Shown here: positions 10,174 to 18,384 of the stretch, one piece after another
Numbering within the stretch: position 1 is the stretch's first letter
Layout: the number at the start of each line of letters is the position of its first letter
NCBI GenBank assembly: GCA_026204955.1
Contig: GCA_026204955.1_4545.1
Length of the DNA: 44,324 bases
Direction: 5' to 3' (one strand)
Origin: a phage
The notes under the pieces: model-generated
Seen by the model: the letters and a program-made list of their open reading frames with translations, nothing else
The model's database searches: none
Told to the model about the DNA's origin: nothing
Program-made: the position numbers and the translations under genes

Positions 10174-10201
10174 GTATTACACCGCTCGATCAAGAATGCA
10201 A
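10174..10201 (-). promoter_or_regulatory. sigma70-like promoter for antisense lipoprotein cassette
   Basis: Reverse strand -35 TTGCAT (10201-10196), 16-nt spacer, -10 TAATAC (10179-10174); extended -35 context AAATTGGTTGCAT shared with other sites. Confidence 0.4.
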
Positions 10202-10222
10202 CCAATTTACGAGGATTTAGCT

Positions 10223-12538
10223 ATGGCAGCGGGTACTCTATCCGTAACGAACAACAGCAAGGCGGTAGTAGGGGTCGGCACGACGTTTACCGCGTTTAAA
10301 GCTGGCGACTTCTTAACGCTGGTGGTAGGACAAGTCCCATACACCGTGGCAATCGCGTCCATTGAAAGCGCAACCGCGCTTACGCTGGTGCTGCCGTTCG
10401 ACGGCCCAACGGCAACCGGCCTCGCGTGGGATGGTGTTAAGCGCGATACCATGTCACTGGCGACGATGGGCGTAACCGTACAGGCGCAGAAAGCGTTGCG
10501 ATTGATGATCTCCGATGAAAACAACTGGCGTGCAATCTTCGGAGACGAAGAAGAAATCTCGATCACGCTGCCGAATGGTCAGGTAATGCAGGGTATGTCG
10601 TGGGGCTACCTGTCGTCTTTGCTGAAGGAAGTAGACCCTGTTGAGATGCGCAACCTGCAACAACAAGCCGCCGCATCTGAAGCCGCCGCGCAAGGATTCC
10701 GCAACGAGGCGGAAGGCTTCAAGAACACCGCGAATACCGCGAAAGACGACGCTGTAACTGCGAAGACCGCGGCTGAAACGGCGCAGGGTAAAGCCGAGAC
10801 AGCTAAAACGGCAGCAGAGTCCGCGAAGACCGCCGCGGAGACAGCTAAATCGCAGGCCGTAACCGCTAAAGACCAGGCTAAAGTATTCCGCGACGAGGCT
10901 GAGGGCTTTGCAAATAGCGCGGACGCAAAAGATAAAGTACCGTATGCTGGTGCGATGTTGGCAACTGCAACTGGAATTGCAGACATGCTCAAGCAGTTGC
11001 GCGATAATGTTAAGGGTGGATTCTGGCGCATCAATGATACATCTCAGTTCCCTGAGGGCGAGATGAAACCTTTTGTACACGGATCAGGTATTTGTGGCGG
11101 TGCTGGGGATACATTCTTTGCTATTAATACTGCTTACCCATATGGGCGAATTAAAGTTTACACGGGTAACAATAGCGCTATCGATGGTACGAGTGGAAGG
11201 GTGGGTGCCCTTGAGTTGGCTGGGCTAGATTCACCCACCTTTACGGGTACAGTGAATGCGCCTAAGATTCGTGTTGGCAATGTTACACTACGGCCCGTAA
11301 CTTCCGGAGAAGGAAGCGGAGACGGGGTTGTTTGGGAATCCCGCAACGCCACGGAGGCAAGTTTTGGCATTGCGAATGTCGGCGGTGGGTCCGCGGTTTT
11401 CCACAACTACTCAAAACCGGCAAACGGATCCGGCGTGGCTACAGGAGTGCTTATTGGGGGGTACGGGTCGCGCCCGTGGACCGGAACGGAATACACAGAC
11501 CATAGTAACGTGTCCCAGCACTTCCTGATGGACGGAACCGCTTCGGCTACTAACCACGGCGGCTGGTTTAGGTTGCTAACAACCCCATTGAATAAGACCA
11601 GCGCCGATCGTAGGCAAACATTCGCGACCAGCAACAACGGCGATTTATATGTTGGGTACGATGTGCCTATGGGGCTTTATAAGCTAACGCAGGAAAGCTA
11701 CAACGGATTGGAATTATTAAACGGTCGCGGTCTTAAACAAGTAAATAACTCGAATAATGAAGTAGCCTTAATCACTCCACGCAATGGGCTAACGGCTAAT
11801 ATAAATTTCAGGGGTGTTGCTTTTGACGGCACAATGACCGGAGCTAAAGGCGCCACTCAGCCGGGCGACAACATGTGGTTATCTTTTGCAGGGCATGACG
11901 GTGTAAGATTCACGGGTGCCGCTGCCGGTATGCGGATTCAGGCGTCGACTGGATGGTCAACCACAAACACGCAATGCGGAATAACGTTTGCGACAACGAA
12001 AGCAGGGTCTACGCAGAGGGTGGACCGGTGGAGTATTACTAGCGACGGGTCCCTGTCCCCCGCGGCTGACAACACATACCCGATCGGCAGCGCCGTTTCC
12101 CGTGTTACCGCAGTCTTCGCAGCAAACGGCGCCATACAGACCTCGGATGCCAGACTCAAGACCGAGGTTAGAGGTTTAACAGAGGCTGAGATGGGTGCCG
12201 CTAAAGAAATCGCCCGCGAGGTTGGTATTTTCCAGTGGCTTGCGCGAGTAGCTGAAGAGGGGGATGAGGCGAGGCTCCATGCCGGTATTACCGTGCAGAA
12301 AGTGATGGAAATCATGAGGTCTTATGGTCTGGACCCCTTGAAGTATGGATTCGTGTGCTACGACGAATGGGAGGAGACTTCAGAGGTTATCAGCGACCCC
12401 GATGATAATTCGAAGTCGACGATAAAGATAACTCCCGCTGGCAATAGGTATAGCTTGCGATATTCGGAACTAAACGTGTTTATCGCCCGAGGACTTGAGC
12501 AAAGAATCTCAGAACTGGAGGCTAAGTTAGCTGGTTGA
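10223..12538 (+). CDS. tail fibre protein with C-terminal intramolecular chaperone (S74-like) domain
   Basis: 771 aa from ATG 10223 (GAGGA RBS); Ala/Lys/Thr-rich heptad-like repeats (AAETAKTAAESAKTAAETAKSQ); C-terminal segment TSDARLKTEV...GLDPLKYGFV resembles the autoproteolytic chaperone domain of phage tail fibres and endosialidases. Confidence 0.7.
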   Translation: MAAGTLSVTNNSKAVVGVGTTFTAFKAGDFLTLVVGQVPYTVAIASIESATALTLVLPFDGPTATGLAWDGVKRDTMSLATMGVTVQAQKALRLMISDENNWRAIFGDEEEISITLPNGQVMQGMSWGYLSSLLKEVDPVEMRNLQQQAAASEAAAQGFRNEAEGFKNTANTAKDDAVTAKTAAETAQGKAETAKTAAESAKTAAETAKSQAVTAKDQAKVFRDEAEGFANSADAKDKVPYAGAMLATATGIADMLKQLRDNVKGGFWRINDTSQFPEGEMKPFVHGSGICGGAGDTFFAINTAYPYGRIKVYTGNNSAIDGTSGRVGALELAGLDSPTFTGTVNAPKIRVGNVTLRPVTSGEGSGDGVVWESRNATEASFGIANVGGGSAVFHNYSKPANGSGVATGVLIGGYGSRPWTGTEYTDHSNVSQHFLMDGTASATNHGGWFRLLTTPLNKTSADRRQTFATSNNGDLYVGYDVPMGLYKLTQESYNGLELLNGRGLKQVNNSNNEVALITPRNGLTANINFRGVAFDGTMTGAKGATQPGDNMWLSFAGHDGVRFTGAAAGMRIQASTGWSTTNTQCGITFATTKAGSTQRVDRWSITSDGSLSPAADNTYPIGSAVSRVTAVFAANGAIQTSDARLKTEVRGLTEAEMGAAKEIAREVGIFQWLARVAEEGDEARLHAGITVQKVMEIMRSYGLDPLKYGFVCYDEWEETSEVISDPDDNSKSTIKITPAGNRYSLRYSELNVFIARGLEQRISELEAKLAG

Positions 12539-12542
12539 AAAA

Positions 12543-12570
12543 GAAAGGGCCATACGGCCCTTTCTTAATT
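12543..12570. terminator. bidirectional terminator between convergent tail fibre and 12565 gene
   Basis: GAAAGGGCC-atac-GGCCCTTTC perfect 9-bp stem, T-rich on both flanks. Confidence 0.65.
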
Positions 12571-13140
12571 TGAGTTTTCCCAGTCCATCTTGCGCCGCAC
12601 CAGCGGGCTTTCGTAGTAATCCTTGCCTTCAACTTCCACTAAAGGCCAATCATTAACAATGACGTATGGCTCCGCGATATCTTCAATAACGCCGTGCGCG
12701 CTATGTTGTCCGAACGATACGCCCACCAGGATAACACCGGCAACGCGACGGGTCAGATATTCGCGAGCGCAACGTGCCTCAACCAGTCCGCGACGGATGC
12801 CGCTGGTGGCCTTAACCTCGTAGGTCCAGACGGCATCGATCACATGCTCGCGGAAGTCTGGACCGGACTTCACCTTGCGCTTGCCGACCATGATGATATC
12901 GCCGCGGTCAATGGTGTTGGCGCTAAACAGGCCGGTACGCATAAGTAAGCCTTGCGGTACGCAACTACGCCCGCCCGCCTGCCCCTCAAGGTACATGCCC
13001 GCAAACATTTCGCCCAGCACACCGACCAGTCGGCTTTGCTTGCACGCGTCAGACTTTAAGCGCCACTGATCAAACTCGATGCTTGCTATCATTGCAGCCA
13101 GGTGGAATTGTTTACCAGATATTTCATATTCGCCGTACAT
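12565..13140 (-). CDS. hypothetical protein, PD-(D/E)XK nuclease-like motif
   Basis: 191 aa; GPDF...(14 aa)...YEVK arrangement matches the PD-x(n)-(D/E)xK signature. Motif-only inference. Confidence 0.35.
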   Translation of the reverse strand: MYGEYEISGKQFHLAAMIASIEFDQWRLKSDACKQSRLVGVLGEMFAGMYLEGQAGGRSCVPQGLLMRTGLFSANTIDRGDIIMVGKRKVKSGPDFREHVIDAVWTYEVKATSGIRRGLVEARCAREYLTRRVAGVILVGVSFGQHSAHGVIEDIAEPYVIVNDWPLVEVEGKDYYESPLVRRKMDWENSN

Positions 13141-13182
13141 CGTGTGGTCCTCATTGATGCGGGCCGAAGCCCGCGATTAGAA

Positions 13183-13704
13183 TTATTTCAGTGCGCTATG
13201 TACCAGTGTTTTTTCCATGTTGCGGAAGTCTTCCGGCGTCATGAGGATTTTGGATCCGTCTTCGCCGGTGAGCACGACCATAGGCTGGACTTCTTGGTCT
13301 GCAATGCCGAAATTGGCGGCTTTTACAGTCTTACCCACCGATGCAGAAGGATTCCACGTCCCCGCGGAGGCGATGGGCCAACCTTTTAGGCTGTCGAATT
13401 GTGCTGCCGTTGTGTCGATCTGAATCTCGTCATGCACGGTCATGTACGACTCGCCCAGCAAGGCCGCATACGCTACCAGGTCGACGATATTGTCTTCCTG
13501 GTGCTTACGGTGCTGGCGCACCAGCTTCAGGCAGATCAAGAAGGTCCAGGCTTCTTGCTCGGTCAGGTCGCGACCGGTAAGCGCGTTAAACACGGCGGCA
13601 ATTTGTTTCGCGCTGCGTTCCTCTTTCGCGTTGTCATAGCCGTTTTCTTTTCCGCGCTGTTCCATAGTGGTGGCGGCGTTTTTGCAGTATTCGTATGCTT
13701 TCAT
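13183..13704 (-). CDS. hypothetical phage protein (helical N-terminal domain, resembles a conserved phage DUF)
   Basis: 173 aa; N-terminal segment ERSAKQIAAVFNALTG...LICLKLVRQHRK...DNIVDLVAYAALLGE resembles a phage domain of unknown function (family name from memory, unverified). AGGA RBS; structured 5' UTR hairpin 13721-13741. Confidence 0.3.
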   Translation of the reverse strand: MKAYEYCKNAATTMEQRGKENGYDNAKEERSAKQIAAVFNALTGRDLTEQEAWTFLICLKLVRQHRKHQEDNIVDLVAYAALLGESYMTVHDEIQIDTTAAQFDSLKGWPIASAGTWNPSASVGKTVKAANFGIADQEVQPMVVLTGEDGSKILMTPEDFRNMEKTLVHSALK

Positions 13705-13757
13705 GATGTGGTCCTTTTTCGGGGAGGCCGTATTGCCTCCCGACGCGTTAACTATAG

Positions 13758-13779
13758 TGCAACCAACCTATTGGTTGCA
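13758..13779. promoter_or_regulatory. perfect palindromic operator-like site TGCAACCAA-ccta-TTGGTTGCA
   Basis: 22-bp palindrome with 9-bp arms overlapping the stop codon of the HAD-like gene and upstream of the 13704 gene. Confidence 0.5.
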
Positions 13780-14238
13780 AGTGAATTTTGCAACGTTTAT
13801 TGCGTAAATTTTCGGGACCAAATCACCACACGCCCGACGAATTGCCGCGATGTTCTTCTCGCAATCTTCAATGATGACCAGTTCCGACACGTCTGCGTAG
13901 CAGACCATTTTGAACACGGCGCACGCCTTAAACTCTGGCGGCGGTGTGTCGTCCAGCATGTGGCGCATAAACAACCGGCCCACCGGGAAGACCTCCAATT
14001 GCTCGGCGGTGGTGCCCCAACATTCTCGCTGCCGGTTTGTCAGATACGCTATCTCGAAGCCTTGCTCTTTGTACATGCGCAGCAGCGGCAGCATATCCAT
14101 GTTCAGATCTTCGCGTACGTGCGCTTTGTGCCACTTTGCCCAAAATGTTGATTTCGTTTTTATACCCGGAACCAGGTCGGCGCGTGCATCACTCGAACCA
14201 TTAATAACGCCATCAAGATCACAAATCAGTAGTTTCAT
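13768..14238 (-). CDS. HAD-superfamily phosphatase-like protein
   Basis: N-terminal MKLLICDLDGVI matches HAD motif I (DxDG[TV]); 156 aa, size typical of phage nucleotidase/phosphatase-type HAD proteins. Confidence 0.5.
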   Translation of the reverse strand: MKLLICDLDGVINGSSDARADLVPGIKTKSTFWAKWHKAHVREDLNMDMLPLLRMYKEQGFEIAYLTNRQRECWGTTAEQLEVFPVGRLFMRHMLDDTPPPEFKACAVFKMVCYADVSELVIIEDCEKNIAAIRRACGDLVPKIYAINVAKFTCNQ

Positions 14239-14468
14239 TTTAAGCTCTCAATAAGGGTGTATCGGGCGCTGCGCGCGGTGAAGGAGTTGCACACGAAATG
14301 GCAACGCTGAGTCATGACAAGCCAACCGGTGAGGTCAAGGCCCAGGATGTATTCGGGGCGAGACGCGCGCACCACACGATTGCGTCGCGGGTCGATGTTA
14401 TAGTCTCTTTGCATTTGGTCTACGACCGCGGGGTCGCGGTCAACGATTAAGATATTCATGTAACTCAC
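14235..14468 (-). CDS. hypothetical protein
   Basis: 77-aa ORF overlapping the neighbouring genes in an operon; no recognisable motif. Confidence 0.3.
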   Translation of the reverse strand: MSYMNILIVDRDPAVVDQMQRDYNIDPRRNRVVRASRPEYILGLDLTGWLVMTQRCHFVCNSFTARSARYTLIESLK

Positions 14469-14925
14469 TCTCGCTCATTATTTCAATTTGTGCGCTGCCG
14501 ATGGGTGGCGCTTCGTCAAAGATTATCAATTGCTGGCACTTGTTATTGCTCGGCCCGACTTCACCGGTGACGGCGTGAATGAATCTAATCCGCCAGTCCA
14601 GAAGAATTATCAGGTTTGCAGTCTTCCTGGCCAACTTCGCCCACTTCGTCGACGTGTCCTGATTCAGTAGCATGACAGTCCGGCGTCCGTGCGCTGCGCA
14701 CTCGACCCACGGCAGCGGATCGGAATACGGCGGATTGCACCATTTCCACCCTTTCAACTCTGCCCAGTCCACATCAAGCGCGCTGTGTTCCGCCGTGAAG
14801 TAACGCGGTAGCAGGTGGTTTGCATCGCTTGCCGCCATATCGTAACGGAATCGGTACTTCCGACGAAGCGGTTTAAATAAAGCTGGCGGCGTGCGCCAGC
14901 TATCTTTTTGCTCATTCTCCGTCAT
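14440..14925 (-). CDS. DNA N6-adenine methyltransferase (phage Dam-type)
   Basis: 161 aa with WRTPP near the N-terminus and the NPPY catalytic motif, as in small phage Dam-family N6-adenine methyltransferases. Confidence 0.6.
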   Translation of the reverse strand: MTENEQKDSWRTPPALFKPLRRKYRFRYDMAASDANHLLPRYFTAEHSALDVDWAELKGWKWCNPPYSDPLPWVECAAHGRRTVMLLNQDTSTKWAKLARKTANLIILLDWRIRFIHAVTGEVGPSNNKCQQLIIFDEAPPIGSAQIEIMSESELHEYLNR

Positions 14926-15370
14926 AGTCTGGATCTATCGCATACAGGGCGGTTTTCTTGCCGCTAGACAGCACACGTAGGACTCGGGACATCTCCTCCC
15001 TACTGAGCGGTCGGCTATCGGAATAGTAGCTGCCGTTTGCACGCCACGCTATATGCACCAGTCCTTTCCGCGGGATCGAAGACTGGCGGCCTTTGGGGCG
15101 CACGTACTCCTCGGCCCGTTTGCAATGCTCGCGCAGACATTCGGCAGTGATGCGGTTTAGCGCAACGCTGGTTGTGTATTCGGTGCGCTGCATAATCCCC
15201 ATCAATTCGAAAAGCAGTTCGAAGCGCTCCTCTAGCTCCTTGCGCATCTTTTCCTCGCCTTCATAGCTAGCCAGGTAGGTATCCGCCAGCGTGTTCGCCC
15301 GTTCGGCTTGCTCGCGGGCTTCGAGGCATTGCGCGGCCCAGTAATTTTTCTCTTCTTGTAAAATTTCCAT
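14912..15370 (-). CDS. hypothetical protein
   Basis: Track ORF to 15430 (TTG); preferred ATG 15370 (MEILQEEKNY) with GGAGA RBS 8 nt upstream; first gene after promoter at 15419-15447. Confidence 0.35.
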   Translation of the reverse strand: MEILQEEKNYWAAQCLEAREQAERANTLADTYLASYEGEEKMRKELEERFELLFELMGIMQRTEYTTSVALNRITAECLREHCKRAEEYVRPKGRQSSIPRKGLVHIAWRANGSYYSDSRPLSREEMSRVLRVLSSGKKTALYAIDPDYDGE

Positions 15371-15389
15371 CGTGTTGTCTCCAGGTATT

Positions 15390-15416
15390 AAAAAAGGGCG
15401 TCCAAACCGGACACCC
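15390..15416 (-). terminator. rho-independent terminator within leftward operon (after HNH-like gene)
   Basis: Reverse strand reads GGGTGTCC-ggttt-GGACGCCC then T6 (one G-U pair); promoter-like element immediately upstream. Confidence 0.5.
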
Positions 15417-15418
15417 TC

Positions 15419-15447
15419 AATATAATGCAACCTATATGATTATGCAA
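15419..15447 (-). promoter_or_regulatory. sigma70-like internal promoter of leftward operon
   Basis: Reverse strand -35 TTGCAT (15447-15442), 17-nt spacer, -10 TATATT (15424-15419); 17-mer identical to the site at 10196-10212. Confidence 0.45.
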
Positions 15448-15452
15448 CCAAT

Positions 15453-15776
15453 TTACGAATAAAAATTTGGGTCGCGCGCAACGTCTACCAGATACAGGTT
15501 GCTCATGCGGTTGCCGTAGTGCCCTGGAGTGCGCTGGCGGCACACAACGGCGAAGCCTGGAGGGATTGTATGGCCCGTCTCAATAATCCACGCCACGCGT
15601 GCACCAGACAGCGTCTTGCCGTTGCATTCGATGCGCGTGCCGCCATCGGCAGTGTTAAGGTTGCCAATTTTGCAGCCGGTGGACTTCAGACGAATGACGC
15701 CGGTTTTGCTGTCGTAGGAGAATAACTGGTTAGTCATTGCAACCGAAAAATCAATGGCTTCGAATGTAGTATTCAT
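15453..15776 (-). CDS. HNH-family endonuclease-like protein (possibly degenerate)
   Basis: 107 aa; segment AWIIETGHTIPPGFAVVCRQRTPGHYGNRMSNLYLV parallels HNH_3-type homing endonuclease cores (...G..VDHIDGN..NNR..NL.LV). Start ATG overlaps the stop of the upstream extension frame. Confidence 0.4.
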   Translation of the reverse strand: MNTTFEAIDFSVAMTNQLFSYDSKTGVIRLKSTGCKIGNLNTADGGTRIECNGKTLSGARVAWIIETGHTIPPGFAVVCRQRTPGHYGNRMSNLYLVDVARDPNFYS

Positions 15777-16009
15777 TTTAAATTTTCCTCATTGACCGCT
15801 ATCGCGAAGCCGCGCGGGGTGAGCGACCGGATTAATTTTGTGCGGGCTGATTTGCCTCCGAGGCGACTATACTGCTTCGAGTACCCTTTTTCAACGAAAA
15901 CAGGTTTCTTCTCTGGCATACGGAAGCCGTTGCCGGTCCATAAGCAGGTCAGCTTCGGATATGAATCGCGGGCGTTGATGTATTCCGGGAAGAGCGGGTG
16001 TACGTCATC

Positions 16010-16483
16010 CTACGGCAGATATCCCCCATACTCCCACGGGTCGAATGAGTGATCCGGCTTGCGCCACTGGGTGGAAAGCACACTGCGCGGATTCTCAATC
16101 ATATATGGCACTTCGAAGAAGTCACCCAGGTAAGCGGCGATCTTCGCGGTGCGCACCGCCTTAAGCTGAAAGGCTGGGTCTTTAGCTCGCTTGCGCGGGA
16201 AAGCGGGCGCACCGCTCACTGCCAGATCCGTGCACGGAGGAAACGCATAGATGATATCTGGCGTACCGAAATCGCCATTCATCGCACGGTCTACAAAGTC
16301 CAGATCGATAAACTCATTGCGATACCGGATTCCGCGACCATAAATCCGGTAGTCAAGGTAAGACCCGTGATCGGCTTCGGAGTAGTTGAAGCAATAACAC
16401 TTATGCCCCATCTCGGCAGCACGCTCAATCATCAAGCCGCTGCCGTCAAACAACGACCAGATTGTCATTTTAGCAATAGTCAT
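16010..16483 (-). CDS. DNA cytosine-C5 methyltransferase-like protein (N-terminal catalytic motifs; interrupted by in-frame TAG)
   Basis: 157-aa ORF with LFDGSG (motif I-like), FPPC (motif IV PC-like) and ENP (motif VI-like) at spacings typical of C5-methyltransferases. ORF ends at TAG 16012-16010 but the same frame stays open for 78 more codons to TGA 15775-15773. Confidence 0.4.
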   Translation of the reverse strand: MTIAKMTIWSLFDGSGLMIERAAEMGHKCYCFNYSEADHGSYLDYRIYGRGIRYRNEFIDLDFVDRAMNGDFGTPDIIYAFPPCTDLAVSGAPAFPRKRAKDPAFQLKAVRTAKIAAYLGDFFEVPYMIENPRSVLSTQWRKPDHSFDPWEYGGYLP

Positions 16484-17904
16484 TTGCGCGCCTTTTTAGC
16501 TTTCATGTACTCCATCAAGTCGTCTTGAATATCTCGCTTGCTGTCGCGACGCTCGGCGACCAATTCGTCCAGTGTCCCGCGCGCCTGGATAATGTAGACG
16601 AATACCGGTCGAGGGTGTCCGGCCTGCATCTGGCGAACCGGCCCGATACGTTCAACGATCTGCGAAAAGTGCTCAAAGTTCCAGGTATCGGAGAAGATTG
16701 CCAGGTGATGACCGCCGTCCTGCAAGTTAAGGCCGTGGCCTGCCGATGCCGGGTGTGCAAACATGATGGGGATCTCGCCCCTGTTCCACGCTTCCATATC
16801 CTTATTGCCCTGCTTACCCTTACCCAACGCGACGCCGTGCGGAAATTTCTTCTTAAGACGTGCCAGGTCATGCTTATACTGATACGCAACGAGCAACGGC
16901 GCGCCGTTCAACTCCTCCACGATACTTTCCAGCGCGTCCAGCTTCGCGTCGTGGATCTTCACCCACTCGTCGGTCCGTTCGCCGTCTTCGTCCACCTTAT
17001 ACACAGCGCCGGAAGCAAGCTGAAGGCACTTAATTGTCTTCGATGCCGCGTTCGCCGCTTCCACCGTTCCGCTTTCCAGTTCGGCAAATAGCTCGCTTTC
17101 AAACTGGTCGTAAATCTTGCGGGCTTTCTTCGGCAGGTCCACAACAACAGGCGTATAGATTGGCTTGTCGCACCCGAAGTATTCAGCCGCGTCAACGGTG
17201 AGGGATACATCTGACAGACGTTGTTGTATCTCTTTCTCGGAGTTCTTTAGCGGAGCGTGCTGCATAGTGAAGCTGCCAGGCTTAACAGGCTTGCTAATGA
17301 ACCAGCGGTCGGTAAATGCCTTATAGCTACTGCCGAGGCGTTCGCCACCGTCGACAAACCACGTCTGACCCCATAAGTCTTTCAGCCCGTTGGGTGCGGG
17401 TGTGCCGGTAAGGTTAATCCAGCGCTTGACGTGTTTATGTGCAATCGCTGCCATTGCGCGGGCGCGCTTGCTCCCCTGCTTGCTACGATATCCTTTCAGC
17501 TTAGTCGATTCATCGGCAACAACGACCGTAAAGGGCCACGCATCGCCGTAATAGTCGACCAGCCACTCAACAACATCGTAGTTAACACAAACCACGTTAG
17601 CGTCGCTCTCCAGCGCGGCTATGCGGTCCTTCTCTGGTCCAGTGCCGTCTACGACCAGCAGGGATGAGAACCGCCATTTCTCCTGTTCCGGGGGCCATGT
17701 ACCCGACGCAACACGCAGCGGGGCCAGCACCAGTACGCGGTCCTCATGATGGGACAGGACGCCAGTCTGGAACATTTTATTCAGCGCCCACATTGTCGCG
17801 CCGGTTTTACCGGATCCCATTGTCGCCCAGATATTACATCGCTTATGCTTGAGGATGAACGAGGTTATCAACTTCTGATATTCGCGGCGTCGGAATCGTG
17901 CCAT
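16480..17904 (-). CDS. SNF2/DEAD-like superfamily-2 helicase
   Basis: Track ORF to 17994; preferred ATG 17904. Walker A-like MGSGKTG and DExx-like VVADESTKLKG; about 474 aa; adjacent to VRR-NUC and DNA polymerase genes. Confidence 0.65.
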   Translation of the reverse strand: MARFRRREYQKLITSFILKHKRCNIWATMGSGKTGATMWALNKMFQTGVLSHHEDRVLVLAPLRVASGTWPPEQEKWRFSSLLVVDGTGPEKDRIAALESDANVVCVNYDVVEWLVDYYGDAWPFTVVVADESTKLKGYRSKQGSKRARAMAAIAHKHVKRWINLTGTPAPNGLKDLWGQTWFVDGGERLGSSYKAFTDRWFISKPVKPGSFTMQHAPLKNSEKEIQQRLSDVSLTVDAAEYFGCDKPIYTPVVVDLPKKARKIYDQFESELFAELESGTVEAANAASKTIKCLQLASGAVYKVDEDGERTDEWVKIHDAKLDALESIVEELNGAPLLVAYQYKHDLARLKKKFPHGVALGKGKQGNKDMEAWNRGEIPIMFAHPASAGHGLNLQDGGHHLAIFSDTWNFEHFSQIVERIGPVRQMQAGHPRPVFVYIIQARGTLDELVAERRDSKRDIQDDLMEYMKAKKARK

Positions 17905-17908
17905 TTCT

Positions 17909-18142
17909 TTATTCCGCCTTTTTCCAGACTTCGGTTTCACTGTTCCAGTTCCTTTTTGTAGCGTCGTAGTTGGTGGCGTGTCCGATGTGCACACCGGTAG
18001 CCCGGAAGCTCTTAAATTTTTGCCAGCACACCGTCAACGGCAGCGGATCATTCATGCCCGCGATAAACCATACGCGATCGCCCGGTTTACATTCGCCCAG
18101 CTTGGTGAGTCGGTAATGTTCTTTCATCGTCATGTCTCCCAA
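17909..18142 (-). CDS. hypothetical protein
   Basis: 77-aa ORF packed between helicase and zinc-ribbon genes. Confidence 0.3.
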   Translation of the reverse strand: MGDMTMKEHYRLTKLGECKPGDRVWFIAGMNDPLPLTVCWQKFKSFRATGVHIGHATNYDATKRNWNSETEVWKKAE

Positions 18143-18170
18143 AAATGGCGGGACAAGCCCGCCGTATTAA

Positions 18171-18344
18171 TTATTTTTGTTCTGCACGGTAGCGGCGCTG
18201 CCGTTCGCGCTCTTTCTTATTGCGGCACGATTTGCACTCTGCCCGATACCCGTCTGGACTGCGCGCAGTCTTACCGGTGTATTTGTGGAACTGGGATAGC
18301 GGCTTTACACAGCCGCAATTACTACAACGTTTTTCTTCAATCAT
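18171..18344 (-). CDS. small zinc-ribbon protein
   Basis: Internal start MIEEKRCSNCGC...CKSC gives a 57-aa protein with two CxxC pairs and a basic C-terminus; the longer track ORF overlaps the VRR-NUC gene in another frame. Confidence 0.3.
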   Translation of the reverse strand: MIEEKRCSNCGCVKPLSQFHKYTGKTARSPDGYRAECKSCRNKKERERQRRYRAEQK

Positions 18345-18384
18345 CTCTAAAATCCTCGATATGGCTAACCGGCACACTATACCG

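Noticed and set aside
10454-11080. 208-aa and 142-aa ORFs on the minus strand inside the tail fibre gene
   Set aside because: Antisense to the Ala-rich repeat region of the tail fibre; Cys/Arg-rich artefact composition.
13399-14151. 250-aa ORF on the + strand
   Set aside because: Antisense to three well-supported minus-strand genes (including the HAD phosphatase); low-complexity composition.
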